Positions 12,201 through 23,038 of a DNA stretch of 64,000 nt are shown piece by piece (position 1 is the first letter of the stretch; each line of letters opens with the position of its first letter). Below the pieces are notes generated by a model. That model was given only the letters and a program-made list of their open reading frames with translations, was not told the DNA's origin and did no database searches. The position numbers were made by a program, and so were the translations under genes. Origin of the DNA: Ascoidea asiatica JCM 7603 (Eukaryota > Fungi > Ascomycota); NCBI GenBank assembly GCA_001600695.1, contig BCKQ01000005.1, positions 921,820 through 985,819 on the forward strand, in the 5' to 3' direction.

Positions 12201-12946
12201 TCAAAGCAATTGAAATTGAAGTTCCAAAAGTTAAACAAAGATTATTGATTGGACCAGGAGGATCTGTAAGAAGAAATTTAGAAACAGATTTCTCAATTAC
12301 ATTAAATATTCCAAGAATTAATGACGATTCAACAATTGTTAAAGTATCTGGATTACCAGAAGATATCGAAAAAGCTCAAAAGAAGATCGAAGAATTAACA
12401 GCTGATAAATGGCAAGATTCAATAGATATTCCAAAGAAATATCATTTATTGCTTGCAGAAAGAGGAACCATTTTCCCAAATTTAAAGAAAAAATTTGGTG
12501 TTTCAGTTGAATATGGATCTATGGTTAGAGAAGCAAGTAGATCATTAAATCCTTTCACCGAGACTCCTGAAAAAGTTTTTGGTGATGAAAATAAATGGAC
12601 AGTTATTGAAGATGAAGAGAATGTTGAAGATTCTGCAGAAGATATCATTATACCATGGAGATTAAGTGGTAAAGAAACTAAAAAAGCTAAAGAATATCTT
12701 TCTACCCAATTAGAAAATATTAAAAAATGTAACGCAACTGGATATTTTTTTGTTAAGGATATCAAACATATGGGTAGAGTTGTTGGAAGTGGTGGATCAA
12801 CTATTGAAACTATTAGAAAGAAAAGTGGATGTATCATTTTTGTTCCTAGAAACTCTGATAAAGTTAACAATATCATTTATCTAAGAGGAACTGTTGAACA
12901 ATTAGAGAAAGCAGAAAAAAGCATTACATCTGCAATCAAAAAATAG
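9218..12946 (+). CDS. SCP160: Multi-KH-domain RNA-binding protein (vigilin/Scp160)
   Basis: Repeated IGxxG KH motifs (IGSGG, IGKGG, IGRNG, IGPGG), an N-terminal FPALG motif, 1242 aa. Confidence 0.93.
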   Translation: MATPAEKLAAAHAALSSASTSTSNITADSDTFSYTPASVAALDSDYESDNDSKIVPEKSTPVVAPSISDEKFFPALGSVPTSASKPIWGPKMKPGKSVSINGKSVSSSSSGSSFSKSIPMRSRHIQEAFSLDFKDLLVLSSKIELGKMLTDIKLESQCNIECTSSQQTKKRTFLITGEPKNTLIARKLIFRKFTKPVKNEFLIPAKTRSIVIGSGGRNLKPILEKYDVKVNIGKVEKGFDSKEGTPLSDPELLNGGNQENGDNEGLENIFGEQITVTIEGDIQGVADARRDIEAIVNEHNKSLTAKLKIDSLITPFIEHEITNSSNLNLSDIDLTYPNSNSTSSFIKLVGPREELVKAVDEIKTLAKNLAPKIKVEAKKVPKKLHKFIDSAKIFKELNVIVEIPSEMTSDDVVKFIGDSSKINEAISKARESSSNYSFIAINIARAHGGNVNHARNLAIYLKHSEILDRIAEETGSQIFAPSYDNLVNEDLTEVNIEIVASKSDENVSEIFKRAKTAIVDEVNKIPPKSTYSINDIDYFFQDQILPTVEKLASDLRVSVIPLGQLTAEVKSDLILLVSLPMENRDDFGPTDDEVKDKFDQINKLLEKFREEGKDIISEILEVPAEEHSNIKGPNDTTLKSLILSVGKIDITFSSPSPNEITIHGLKKDVEKICTEMKQILQDAKDYKEASAYFTEFSLPSEVLSRLIGKGGANLKVLQEEFGVSIDVEDLESKNSKEANVKITGIKRNAEEAKTKIITLGKQWADEKTIMISIPVRYQRKIIGKNWAHVNRLQDKYNVRIRFPKPDSEKVEDVQIRGPSKGVKKTEEELKELLDYEIENGMKKKITVPTKALSRIIGKGGNNLNSLRDEYGADINIDHSNDGEEKEETSIEIVGSSESLREIEKQIKLIVKEVENYVEEEIEVDPKFHRLLIGRNGATRKEIIAKAGGSDEDSSRLLHVPLQNSGSKIISLHGDKAVVKKILAEVKSIVSKAEKIKAIEIEVPKVKQRLLIGPGGSVRRNLETDFSITLNIPRINDDSTIVKVSGLPEDIEKAQKKIEELTADKWQDSIDIPKKYHLLLAERGTIFPNLKKKFGVSVEYGSMVREASRSLNPFTETPEKVFGDENKWTVIEDEENVEDSAEDIIIPWRLSGKETKKAKEYLSTQLENIKKCNATGYFFVKDIKHMGRVVGSGGSTIETIRKKSGCIIFVPRNSDKVNNIIYLRGTVEQLEKAEKSITSAIKK

Positions 12947-13581
12947 TTCAGCTTGCAATCAATTAGTTAACCAAATCCAGCAGTAGAATAGGTTGTTATT
13001 TTTATTGAATCTGCATTTTTTATTTGTTTAGCATACGTACTAATTCTTTTAATTTTAATTTCAGCTCATAAAATATAAACATTGTAGTAAATTCAAATAT
13101 TGTCTCCAATTATCTGGAACTCTTCGAATTTTTTGCCATTACGCAACTAGCCGAAACTGCGGCAAATGGCGATCCGTCCATATTATAAAAGAGCACATGA
13201 CATATATTACTACGGTACTGTACAGTGCTTTGCCCTACAACACCATTGATGCCTGGGGTATACGACAATGGCGATGTTGTTCCTCCTTTCTCAGCTGCTT
13301 TTGATGAGAAAGAACCATGTTTATTGCTTGTTTGCAAATTATCTAATTTTTCCTTTATTTCAGTAAAGACAATTGTAGTATCATTGAATCAAGATTTTTA
13401 TTTATTTATATAAAGGTTTAGAACCTGATTGTAGTTTGCAATGGTTTTTTCTCTTTCTTTTTTCCTTTCTTTTTTTTTTTATCGTCGGCACTAATTAACA
13501 ATTGTGAATTATTGAAAGAAAATAGTAAATTTGAGTTGAATCGTTTTTAACAAGTGAAAAGCAATCATCAAATACTCAAAA

Positions 13582-15485
13582 ATGACAATAATTGAAGAAT
13601 GTGAAGATGACATTATATTTACATCTTCTTCCGATGTCTATACTAATATTCCTGCAAGAAAAATTCTAGGATTTCTAGTTGTAGATCCAAATTCAATAGA
13701 TAATCATTTATCAGAATTTTCAATAAATTCTGTTGGATTTTCAAGTTTTAATACAAATTCGTCAACTCAATTAGATAAAAAATTAGGTTTAATTATCAAT
13801 GAAGAATTTTTTAAAAATTCAATGATTAAAATTATTAAAAATAAACTTTTTACAATTGGTAGAATTCAAGATCCTAAAAATGATTTAATTATAAATAATA
13901 ATTATATTTCTTCTATTCATTGTTCAATTTGGGCTATTCAATTTGATGAAGATTCTTTACCTTTAATTTATATCAAAGATCAAAGTTTAAATGGCGTTTA
14001 TATAAATAATCTAAAATTAGGTAAAAATCAAACTTATTTATTATCTGAAGGTGACCAAATTGAAATCAAATTTGGCTTAAAAGCTAAATTTTTTTATCCT
14101 TCAGAATATAAACATATGTTAAGAACTGCAACTCCGGACATTAATAGTAATAGTAATAGTAATATCAAAGTTAATAGCCAGACAAATTCAAACTTAGTTT
14201 CAAGAAATTGGTTAATTTCAAATAAAACCATTGGTAGTGGAACTTTTGGAAATGTTTATATTTGTGATAAAATTAAAACTTCTTTCAATATAAATAAATT
14301 TTGTGCTGTTAAAATAATGAAAAATAAAAGCAGACAATCTTTAACTGAAGCAAAAATTTTGAAAACTCTTTCTCATGTATGAATATAACCTTTTTATTAT
14401 GTTTCAGCAAATTTCAAAAATTTTATTCTTAATTTTCATTTACTAATACCTTCAAACTCTCTTATATTATACTTAGCCAAATATTATTAAAATCCATGAA
14501 ACTCATCTCAGAAACGAGCATTTATACATTTTTGAAGAATTGTACGGATTTACCTTTTTTCATTTGTATATATATTTTTATATCCTATAAAATTCTTTCA
14601 TATACAATTGCATAATGTACTTAATGCTTTTGGAATTTTTTGTTGAATTTTCTTTTTATCTAACATTTTTTTTCATTTTAAATTTTTATTAGAATTTGTG
14701 GAGGAGATCTTTTTTCATATTTAGCAAAAGGTGATTGTCTTGATGCTTTACCAGAACCTGAATGTTTATTAATTGTTTATCAATTAATGTTAGCTTTGAA
14801 ATATCTTCATGATAATAATGTTGTTCACAGAGATATAAAATTAGATAATGTTTTACTTTCAAAGCCTGAACCTGGTGCAAGAGTTGTTTTAACTGATTTT
14901 GGAATTGCCTGTCAAAATAAATCAAAAAATAAAAGAATGCATACAATTGTCGGAACTCCAGAATATTGTGCACCTGAAGTTGGCTTTTCATTGAATATTT
15001 CAGATAAATCTGATAAAATCAATATTAATAATAATATTAATAATAATAATAAGGAAAATCAGAATGAAAATGGTAATGACCGCCATGTTTATGTTAATAG
15101 AACTGGTTATACTAAAAAATGTGATGTTTGGTCTCTTGGTGTTATAACACATATAATTCTTAGTGGAATTTCGCCATTTTATGATGATGGAAAAGAAGTT
15201 AATATTGTTAAAGCTGCTTTAAGAGGAAAGCTTTATTTTAATAGACCACAATGGTCTAAAGTTAGTGGAAACTCTAAAGAATTTGTGAAAAGTTTATTAA
15301 ATCCAAATCATTGGGATAGACCTGATTGTGATCAATCATTTGAGAAAAGATGGATAAAAATTCATTTAGAATATTTAAATAAAATTTATAAAAAAAGAAT
15401 TTTAAAAGAGTATTGTGAAGACAGTAATAAACTTGAATATTTACATAAAGATAAGGAAATAGGTAATATCACAATCGATATATAA
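13582..15485 (+). CDS. MEK1: Meiosis-specific FHA-domain Ser/Thr kinase Mek1; exons 13582-14376, 14477-14541, 14693-15485
   Basis: FHA domain (IGR...ISSIHC...DQSLNGVYIN) plus kinase domain. Splicing of introns 14377-14476 (GTATGA..TACTAAT..TAG) and 14542-14692 (GTACGG..ATCTAAC..TAG) restores LSHPNIIKIH...IFEELICGGDLFSYL...HRDIKLDN...DFG...GTPEYCAPE. Confidence 0.9.
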
Positions 15486-15577
15486 GTTCAACTTTTCTAG
15501 CAATTCAAGAATATTATCTTTTTTAAATTTGTATTGTTTCTGAATATCAATATACTATATACACTTAACTATATTAC

Positions 15578-16492
15578 TCAAATATTTTCTACAGCCCTCA
15601 TTGTCAATTCAAAGGCATAAAATGTAGCAGCATTAGCAGGACCAGCCCTTAATATTGTAGGAAGAAATCCTTTGAAAAATGCTTTATATCCATTCGCTTT
15701 AAGTGTCTTTTTAGCACAATCCCAAGAACTTTTATACATTTTATTAGAAAGATCATCAGTTTGTAGTTTTGTTTTTATAACGTCAAATGGATAACAAAGC
15801 ATCCATAGAGATATTCCTGCTGCTGCTCCATAAGCACATAATCTTATTCCCGGTATATCATTTCTTTCAATATTATGTTTAGCTTGATCATGTTTAACCA
15901 ATGCTTCAAAAGTCATAAAATATATACCAAGACCATGAGATTCTCTTACTAATGTAGGTCCTAAACCTCTCATAACTCCAGGAAATCCAACTTTCTTAAC
16001 AACATCAAATGGTCCATTATATAATCCTTTAGATGAAGTTTGAGTTTGAAGACGAATTCTAATATGTTCAATTGGAGCAGCTAAAAACCCATTAAAAAAT
16101 CCAGAAACACTACCACAAAGATACAATTGAAGGTAACTTAATCCAAACTTATCATTTATACCATTCATTCTATTTTGATTTTTGAAAAATCTTTTCATTT
16201 TTTCATTCACACCAAATTGAATTGAAACACAAGCACCTATACCAATAAGTGGTGTTAATGTACCTTTATAGAACCCCTTTATACCTTCATTTTTAATCAA
16301 TTGTTTTATGACATCTAAAGCGCCATTGTATTTTCCTTCTGGAGCAGATTGTAATCTGACTTTGGTTGTATCAAAAGGCTGACCAACAAGAACCTGGGCA
16401 ATACCACCAATTGTTCCACTAAATATATCTTTTGCAACTCTTTTTGCATCAGATGGAGGTTCTATATCAATAAACTCAGAAAACTCGGACAT
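15578..16492 (-). CDS. YMC1: Mitochondrial carrier, Ymc1/Ymc2 type
   Basis: Three PxDxxK/R carrier repeats (GQPFDTTKVRLQ, APIEHIRIRLQ, YPFDVIKTKLQ) and GFYKGTLTPLIGIGACVS. Confidence 0.88.
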   Translation of the reverse strand: MSEFSEFIDIEPPSDAKRVAKDIFSGTIGGIAQVLVGQPFDTTKVRLQSAPEGKYNGALDVIKQLIKNEGIKGFYKGTLTPLIGIGACVSIQFGVNEKMKRFFKNQNRMNGINDKFGLSYLQLYLCGSVSGFFNGFLAAPIEHIRIRLQTQTSSKGLYNGPFDVVKKVGFPGVMRGLGPTLVRESHGLGIYFMTFEALVKHDQAKHNIERNDIPGIRLCAYGAAAGISLWMLCYPFDVIKTKLQTDDLSNKMYKSSWDCAKKTLKANGYKAFFKGFLPTILRAGPANAATFYAFELTMRAVENI

Positions 16493-17081
16493 GCTTACTT
16501 AAAATTATCTTAAAAGATTCTCTAATCAATTTGTTTTAACTTCTAGATATCTAATTTATATATTCATAATAGATAATATTCATTATTTCATACATCGTTT
16601 AAAGAAGAGCAATCCTATTCTTATATCACTACACTTTGGCATTACTACAGTATTACTCTTCCAATAGGCTGAAAATATCGAAACAATTCACAGTGGATCC
16701 TATCTGGAAACTCTATTAGTCAGAGGCTCGGATTTCACCACTCATTTTGCTCGTTCACTGATTTCAGCCGTTGATTTTTGATCTTTTTGGCTTTTGGCTT
16801 CGAAATCTTTATTTTCGAATTCTATTTTACAGTTTAGTGTAGTCCTGAGATCAATTTAACAAGGATTTGAATATGAATATTGTTATTGTTAGAAAATATA
16901 CATAAAAAAAGGAATATAAATTATATTATGAATAAACTGATCATTTATTTGTTATATATATCTATTAAAAAAAATGAGAATGAAAAGATAAAAATGCTAA
17001 TAAATTTTTTTGAATTTAAAATAAAAATAAAAAAAAAATAAATGGTCCTAATTTACAACGATATCATAAATGAAGTTTTGA

Positions 17082-19643
17082 TCATATTAAACCACAAAGA
17101 GTTAAATTTTCTAAAAATGGGGTTAAATCGTTTTTTCTAATCTCTATTATCGATCCTTCAAAACTATCAATTCGAATTTTGGCTCCAGTGTCTTCAGCTA
17201 CCTGCTGAAATGCAATACTAAAAGTATTAAGTAATGTTTTGGTTTCATCTAACAATACAATATCATCATCGTCATCATCATCACTATTGTTATTGTCATC
17301 TTTTTTGTTATTATCTTTATTATCTTTTTTAGTTTTATTTTTTTTATGTTTCATTTTTTCTTTTTCTTTTGCACTAATTGCCTGATCTACTCTTTTTCTA
17401 CCTTTTGGAAAAACTGAAGCTAAACCTAAAACTAAATATGTATCAGTTGATTCATCTAAAGCAGCTAAAACTAAAGGAAGTAATGGTTGAAATTCGACCT
17501 CTGCTAAAATCTCTAAAATCCAAGATCCTAATTTTGATAGCATTAATGGATTTTTAAAGTATTCTAAATCCGTTCCATCTTTTAAAACTGCAAATCTAAA
17601 CACTCTTAAATTTTTAAGCAATTTTTTTTCCATAATTAACATTCCAGTTCTAAAAACTATTTTTTGAGATTCTTTAGCATAATCTAAACCTTTTTTAATT
17701 TTATTAATATTATTTTTTTCTAATGCATCCCAACTTCTCCAAAAACTTCTTACCCATGTTTTTTCTTTATCCAAAATTTTTTTATTAATATAATTTTCAT
17801 TATTTTCATTCAATAAATCATCTTGATCATTATTTGGATCAATGTTTTCTTTATTTGAACCATCATTCAACTCAATATCTTCATATTCTAATAAGGATGT
17901 TAATGAATCAACACATTCTCCAGCAGATATAGAACCTTTATATCCAAAAGTTCTAACAAAACCATCTCTTATTAATTCATCTAAACCATATAATCCTAGA
18001 TATTTTACAAAAATTTGATTTAATTTTTTTTTTATATCAATATCCATATAAAGCCAATTTTGATTTGCAACATTAAGTGAAATTCCCATTTTTGCAAACA
18101 TTTTATTTAATTTTTTTCTACCTTCTTCTTGCCATAATAATAATTTTGCATTAACATAATTTGAATATAAAAAACTATTATAAAGTGACCAATGTCTTAA
18201 TAAAAACAAATAATAATCTTTATCCATGATGATTTTTGATTGATCAGCCTGAGCTTTATTTTGATTTGAAAAACTAGATGAACTATTATTACTATTATTG
18301 TTATTATTTTCACTTGAGAAATTTATGTTTAGATTATTTGGATTTAAACGTATTACTTCATCTCTTAGTAAAGGATATAATCTTTTATAAATTTGAGGAT
18401 ATTTAGAATCCAAAGCCATTGTTCCAATTATTGAAAGCCATAAAATATCAATATCATTTGAAATTTCATCATCAATTAATGAAAGCATTGAGTAAATTTG
18501 AATAGTTATTGAAGTTACAATTGTTGAACCTTGAGAATAATAATCTTCAAGTAATTGTTCATTTCTAGTTACAAGTTTCTGTTTTTCTTTTTTTTTTTTT
18601 AATATTTTACTTTCTTGATTATTATCATTATTACTAGTATCATTATTATTAGATATTTCATTATCGAGTTCAGTTTCACTATCACTTATATTTATAGCAT
18701 TTGAATTTTTCTTTTTCAGTTCAATACTTGTTCTTGATCTTTTTGAATCCGGTGTACTTTGCCTTGAAAGATCAGCAAATGATGAAGTTCTTTTTCTTGA
18801 AGTTAATAAATCAGATTCAAGTGAAGATTCTATATCACTTTGTTCTATCTCACTTGATGATATATCATGTATTTCAGAATTCTGTTTTTGTTTTTTTTCT
18901 TTTTCTTCTTTTCTGAGTTTTTCTTTTCTTTCCAAATCATCTAATTCATTAAATTCATCATCTATTTCATTATCACTAAGAATTGTTATCCCTTTCTTTT
19001 TTGATATTTTTTTATTAATCCTGGTTTTATTATTAGAATCACTATCCGAATCATTATCAGACTCTATATCAATTATATTTTCTTCAGTTTCTCCTTCTTC
19101 TTCATCTTCACCATTTTGTATATTTACAAGGGTATCATAAGCCAGTTTTTCAGAAGTTAATTCTTGATCGATTAAGCCATCATCAAAACATACAACCATT
19201 TGAGAGCCAAAAACATTATCTAAATTCCAGGGTCTATGACCATCAATTATATAAATTTTTCTTTTATATTCATCATTTTTAGATTCTTTTGGATTATTAT
19301 TATAATTTATATCTAAATCATCATTTTCGATTAAAAATTCATCAGGATCAATTTGAAATACGGTTTCAACATCAACCATTGCACCACATCCTAAAAGAAT
19401 AATATTATTAACATCACTATCTAATTTTGAATAATGATTTTTCAATTCACTATATCCAACAACAGGTATTAATTGATATGGAATTAAATCTTTTTTGAAT
19501 AAAGAAGTTAATATTTTCGCACCACATAAAGCATCAATATTTAAACAAGAAACGAAAATAACTAATTTACAGGTAGAATGAGAAAGGGAAGTTTTTTTGA
19601 TTTCATGAAGAGCTTTTGGAAAATCTGTTGGGGTAAGATACAT
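17082..19643 (-). CDS. CDC45: Replication initiation/CMG helicase subunit Cdc45
   Basis: LVIFVSCLNIDALC, DGHRPWNLDN, LLRHWSLYNS, RIDSFE. The true ATG is probably 19643 (MYLTP); the ORF track starts at a GTG. Confidence 0.96.
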   Translation of the reverse strand: MYLTPTDFPKALHEIKKTSLSHSTCKLVIFVSCLNIDALCGAKILTSLFKKDLIPYQLIPVVGYSELKNHYSKLDSDVNNIILLGCGAMVDVETVFQIDPDEFLIENDDLDINYNNNPKESKNDEYKRKIYIIDGHRPWNLDNVFGSQMVVCFDDGLIDQELTSEKLAYDTLVNIQNGEDEEEGETEENIIDIESDNDSDSDSNNKTRINKKISKKKGITILSDNEIDDEFNELDDLERKEKLRKEEKEKKQKQNSEIHDISSSEIEQSDIESSLESDLLTSRKRTSSFADLSRQSTPDSKRSRTSIELKKKNSNAINISDSETELDNEISNNNDTSNNDNNQESKILKKKKEKQKLVTRNEQLLEDYYSQGSTIVTSITIQIYSMLSLIDDEISNDIDILWLSIIGTMALDSKYPQIYKRLYPLLRDEVIRLNPNNLNINFSSENNNNNSNNSSSSFSNQNKAQADQSKIIMDKDYYLFLLRHWSLYNSFLYSNYVNAKLLLWQEEGRKKLNKMFAKMGISLNVANQNWLYMDIDIKKKLNQIFVKYLGLYGLDELIRDGFVRTFGYKGSISAGECVDSLTSLLEYEDIELNDGSNKENIDPNNDQDDLLNENNENYINKKILDKEKTWVRSFWRSWDALEKNNINKIKKGLDYAKESQKIVFRTGMLIMEKKLLKNLRVFRFAVLKDGTDLEYFKNPLMLSKLGSWILEILAEVEFQPLLPLVLAALDESTDTYLVLGLASVFPKGRKRVDQAISAKEKEKMKHKKNKTKKDNKDNNKKDDNNNSDDDDDDDIVLLDETKTLLNTFSIAFQQVAEDTGAKIRIDSFEGSIIEIRKNDLTPFLENLTLCGLI

Positions 19644-19919
19644 TATATAATCAAGACTTTTCACCCAGTCATAAATGAAATAAATTTAAATGAATTGAAA
19701 TAAGTTGAAATGAAAGTAAATTGAATATGAATAGCTTTGAACCAAGTCAAGTATGAACTTATATCAAAAACCAATAAAACTACTAACAACACGATAAGAG
19801 AAAAAACATTAAATAAAATAAAGCTGTTATCAGATTACTTTAATCAACCATTTCAGTTTCTTTCCTTTAACTTCTTACTTCTGCGATGATCCATTTTTGT
19901 TTATTTTATTTAATTTTGC

Positions 19920-20016
19920 ACGCGATTTCCTGCAAAACAGCAAAAAAGATTTAAAAACAATGAAAAAAGATGCAAAAACACGAAAAACACGAAAAAAGAA
20001 CAAAAAAAAGACGCGA
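19920..20016. promoter_or_regulatory. G1/S cell-cycle elements (SCB/MCB-like) in the CDC45-LCL2 divergent promoter
   Basis: CACGAAA at 19979 and 19988; ACGCGA at 19920 and 20011. Confidence 0.55.
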
Positions 20017-20305
20017 GTGATATGTTGTGGCGTATTTCCATTTGCAGAATATCAGCCATATCCATAGCCACACCCAACAAAGACTTAGTCTTTTTGGCCA
20101 CGTGTGGCACCCGCTTGGCTGGCTTTCAGGTTCAGTGCTTAGTGAATTCTGATTGATAAACATGGAAAGATGTTGAAATTTATTGAATCAGCTATCATTA
20201 TAGAGAAATGTAAATTGTAAATTGTCTCAAGAAATAATATAATAGAATATAATATTTTATTATAAGTAAAGTGAAGGGAAATAAGTGATTAATAAGTAGT
20301 TCATA

Positions 20306-20781
20306 ATGTTGTTTGTAAAGATATTTGGTATCGTTATTTATGTTTTAGGCTGTTCATCTTTTGTTGCTGGAAATTTTTTTAATTTTTTTGGAGGTCAACA
20401 GCAAGAACAGCAGCAGAGAGAATCGTATGAACAAGAATACTTAAGTTGTAAGTATTAATTATTGATTGTATCTCGAAAATTGTTTTCAATTGATAACTAA
20501 CAGTTTAATTTTCTCTTATTTTAGCTGATTGTGAAGGATATTTATGTCCAGAAACTCAAATTTGTGTTCAAAAACCAATTGATTGTCCATGTCCTTTTGC
20601 TTCTTCACAACTTAAATGTGTATTACCTGATAAATCTAATTATTTTTGTATTTCAAAACCTGCTTTAAATGATCCAAAATTATCAGCTTTATATGATGAT
20701 CCAGTTAAAGGTCCTAAACAGAAAAATAAAGGTATAAGAGATTGTGGTTGGGTTAATCAGGCTTGGAATGGTGATATATAG
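20306..20781 (+). CDS. LCL2: Small Cys-rich secretory-pathway protein Lcl2; exon 1 20306-20447, intron 20448-20524, exon 2 20525-20781
   Basis: Signal peptide, then FFNFFGGQQQ and YLCPETQICVQKPIDCPCPF...LKCVLPD...CISKP...RDCGWV. GTAAGT/AACTAAC/TAG intron. CDC45-LCL2-SEN2 order matches YLR103C-YLR104W-YLR105C. Missed by the ORF track. Confidence 0.92.
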
Positions 20782-21093
20782 AATTAATTTTCAAGAATTT
20801 CTCATAAAACTATAACTCTTAACTATTTTTCAATATCTGTAACTCATATCCATTTAAATCAAGGGAATTAAGATTATTTTAGATTTTGAAATTTGTTTTT
20901 TAAGAACCATTTAGGAATGGAAATTGATTATTTACCTTATTAATAGTATTTGTTCAAATATAAAAAAAAAAACCTCAAAAGATTGAAAGTATAAAAATTA
21001 ATATAATCTAAAATTTAATTGAAAATTATCAGAAATTATATTAAAATGAAACGGAAAAAATAACATAATTATATAACGTTACACATATCCTAT

Positions 21094-22341
21094 TTAATCT
21101 ATATCTCTATTTTTACTGAATAAAAATCTTTTATATATAATTTCATTCACTTTATATAATTTGAATAATTCTTTTAAATCAAAACCTGGGTTTGAAGCAA
21201 TTGAATTAAAATCATTTTCATTTGGAATTGAAACGTAACACATTATCATTGTCTTTTTAACACCGCCAATAATTCTATTAATTGAAGAATTCAAAATAAG
21301 ATTATTAGAATTTGAATCCTCTTGATAATAATTTTTTAAATTATCTGGATAATTAATCTTAATAACTATACAAAATTCAGCATGAGAAAATGGCGGGCCA
21401 CGATCATAAAGTAAATAATCACAACCAAATTTTATACCGGATTTCACACACCAACCCTTTGATCGATAATGATGAAAAACAATATAATTAATAATAAATT
21501 TATCATCATTGGTTAAATTATTGATTAAATTCAAGAATAAATTATTTTCATTTAAAAGTTGCTTAGAATATATATCATTTCTTTCTTTATAAACATCTAT
21601 ACAATTTAAAGCAAATTTAAGAAAAAAAGTTTCAACTGGCATTAATTGTAAGTATTCTAAATTTTTGATTAAATTTTTATTTTTGTTATTATTATTGATT
21701 GTATTATCAATTATTAATAAATCACTATCTTCTTGTCTTAATTGGTCAATATTTGAAACTCCATCATCATTGTCAGTTTCATTGGTAATATTTTTTAATT
21801 TTGAAGAATGTATATCATCATTGATTTTCAATTTAAGTAATCTAATTTTTTCAATCTTATCTTTTAAAATTTGTTTTGAATTGATGGAATTATTTGAATT
21901 TGATTCTAAATCTAATTGATTTCTTAAATTAATTTCATCGTTTTCCAAAATTTCTCTTTGTTTTTTAAATAAATTTCTTTCTTCTCTTCTTAATTTAGTT
22001 AAATCTTCAGAAGATAATTTTGAATTAATTAAACCTAATCTTTTTAAAGTTCTATTAAACCAAGTTGGTTCACTTCTACTTAAAGTACCTTTACCAAAAA
22101 ATCCATTAATCCATAAAAAATTTATATCTTTTTTATTTGTAACTTTATGCATATTATCTATAGAAATAAAGACATTGGTTTTTTTAAATTTTGGTAATGA
22201 CCATAAAAAATAAGTATATTCAAAAAAATTATAAATCCATGATAAAAAATTATGTGGATAAAAATTTGGAAAATTATATAATGGTAAAGGTAAAAGATTT
22301 GGATAAAGTTTATTTAAATTTCTTTTCCTACTTTTGGACAT
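21094..22341 (-). CDS. SEN2: tRNA splicing endonuclease catalytic subunit Sen2
   Basis: GFFGKGTLSRSEP, EYLQLMPVE, GWCVKSGIKFGCDYLLYDRGPPFSHAEF. Confidence 0.95.
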   Translation of the reverse strand: MSKSRKRNLNKLYPNLLPLPLYNFPNFYPHNFLSWIYNFFEYTYFLWSLPKFKKTNVFISIDNMHKVTNKKDINFLWINGFFGKGTLSRSEPTWFNRTLKRLGLINSKLSSEDLTKLRREERNLFKKQREILENDEINLRNQLDLESNSNNSINSKQILKDKIEKIRLLKLKINDDIHSSKLKNITNETDNDDGVSNIDQLRQEDSDLLIIDNTINNNNKNKNLIKNLEYLQLMPVETFFLKFALNCIDVYKERNDIYSKQLLNENNLFLNLINNLTNDDKFIINYIVFHHYRSKGWCVKSGIKFGCDYLLYDRGPPFSHAEFCIVIKINYPDNLKNYYQEDSNSNNLILNSSINRIIGGVKKTMIMCYVSIPNENDFNSIASNPGFDLKELFKLYKVNEIIYKRFLFSKNRDID

Positions 22342-23038
22342 TATTTAAATTAAGTTAATGAAATTGATTGATTCACTATTAAAAAAATTATTTTATTAGT
22401 AATTAAAATTTTTATTTTAAATTTTATTGAATTTGAGAAGAAATGATTGATATTAATAAATTATTAGCTAAAATTGTCAGATACCGTTGTAGTCTATTGA
22501 GAAATCATGTTCTTTCACCGGAAACTAATCCATAAAGACATGTAATTGTCATCATAAAAATTAGCTAACAAATATAATTATAAATAATCATGTTTCATTT
22601 AAGTATTTGAACAAATACAAGTAAAGAAAGAAAAAAATGTAAAGAACATACTTGTTTGAATTTAAATTAATTTTTAATATTATTCTCGGTTGTTAATATA
22701 AAAAATATTTAAGATTGAAAATACATAAATAAAAAATAAAGAGAACAGTATTTCAGAACTGAAAAACAATCAATTTATAGTGAAATTCTAGTGGGAAATG
22801 TTTGAAGACTAAGAAAAACCCTAAAAAGAAGCATTGAAGAAGAGTTTTAAAGAAAACAACAAGACGGGTAATTCAAAGATCTGAAAAAGTGACGCCAGTT
22901 CTGCGGAGGTTCTGTAAAATGCGGACTAAAAATAATAGTAAGATAAGATTAAGATTAAGAATATTATGATGTGATATTAGTAGAGATGTGATACTGATGT
23001 TTGATGGTAATAGAGTATTTTTACTGATGATGGTCTGT

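Noticed and set aside
16781-16810. ATCTTTTTGGCTTTTGGCTT resembling the U2 snRNA 5' end
   Set aside because: It lacks the GATCAAGTGTAGTA branch-pairing region.
19751-19798. GTATGA..TACTAAC..AAG mini-intron on the plus strand
   Set aside because: It is antisense to the CDC45 leader, far from LCL2 and very short; probably chance.
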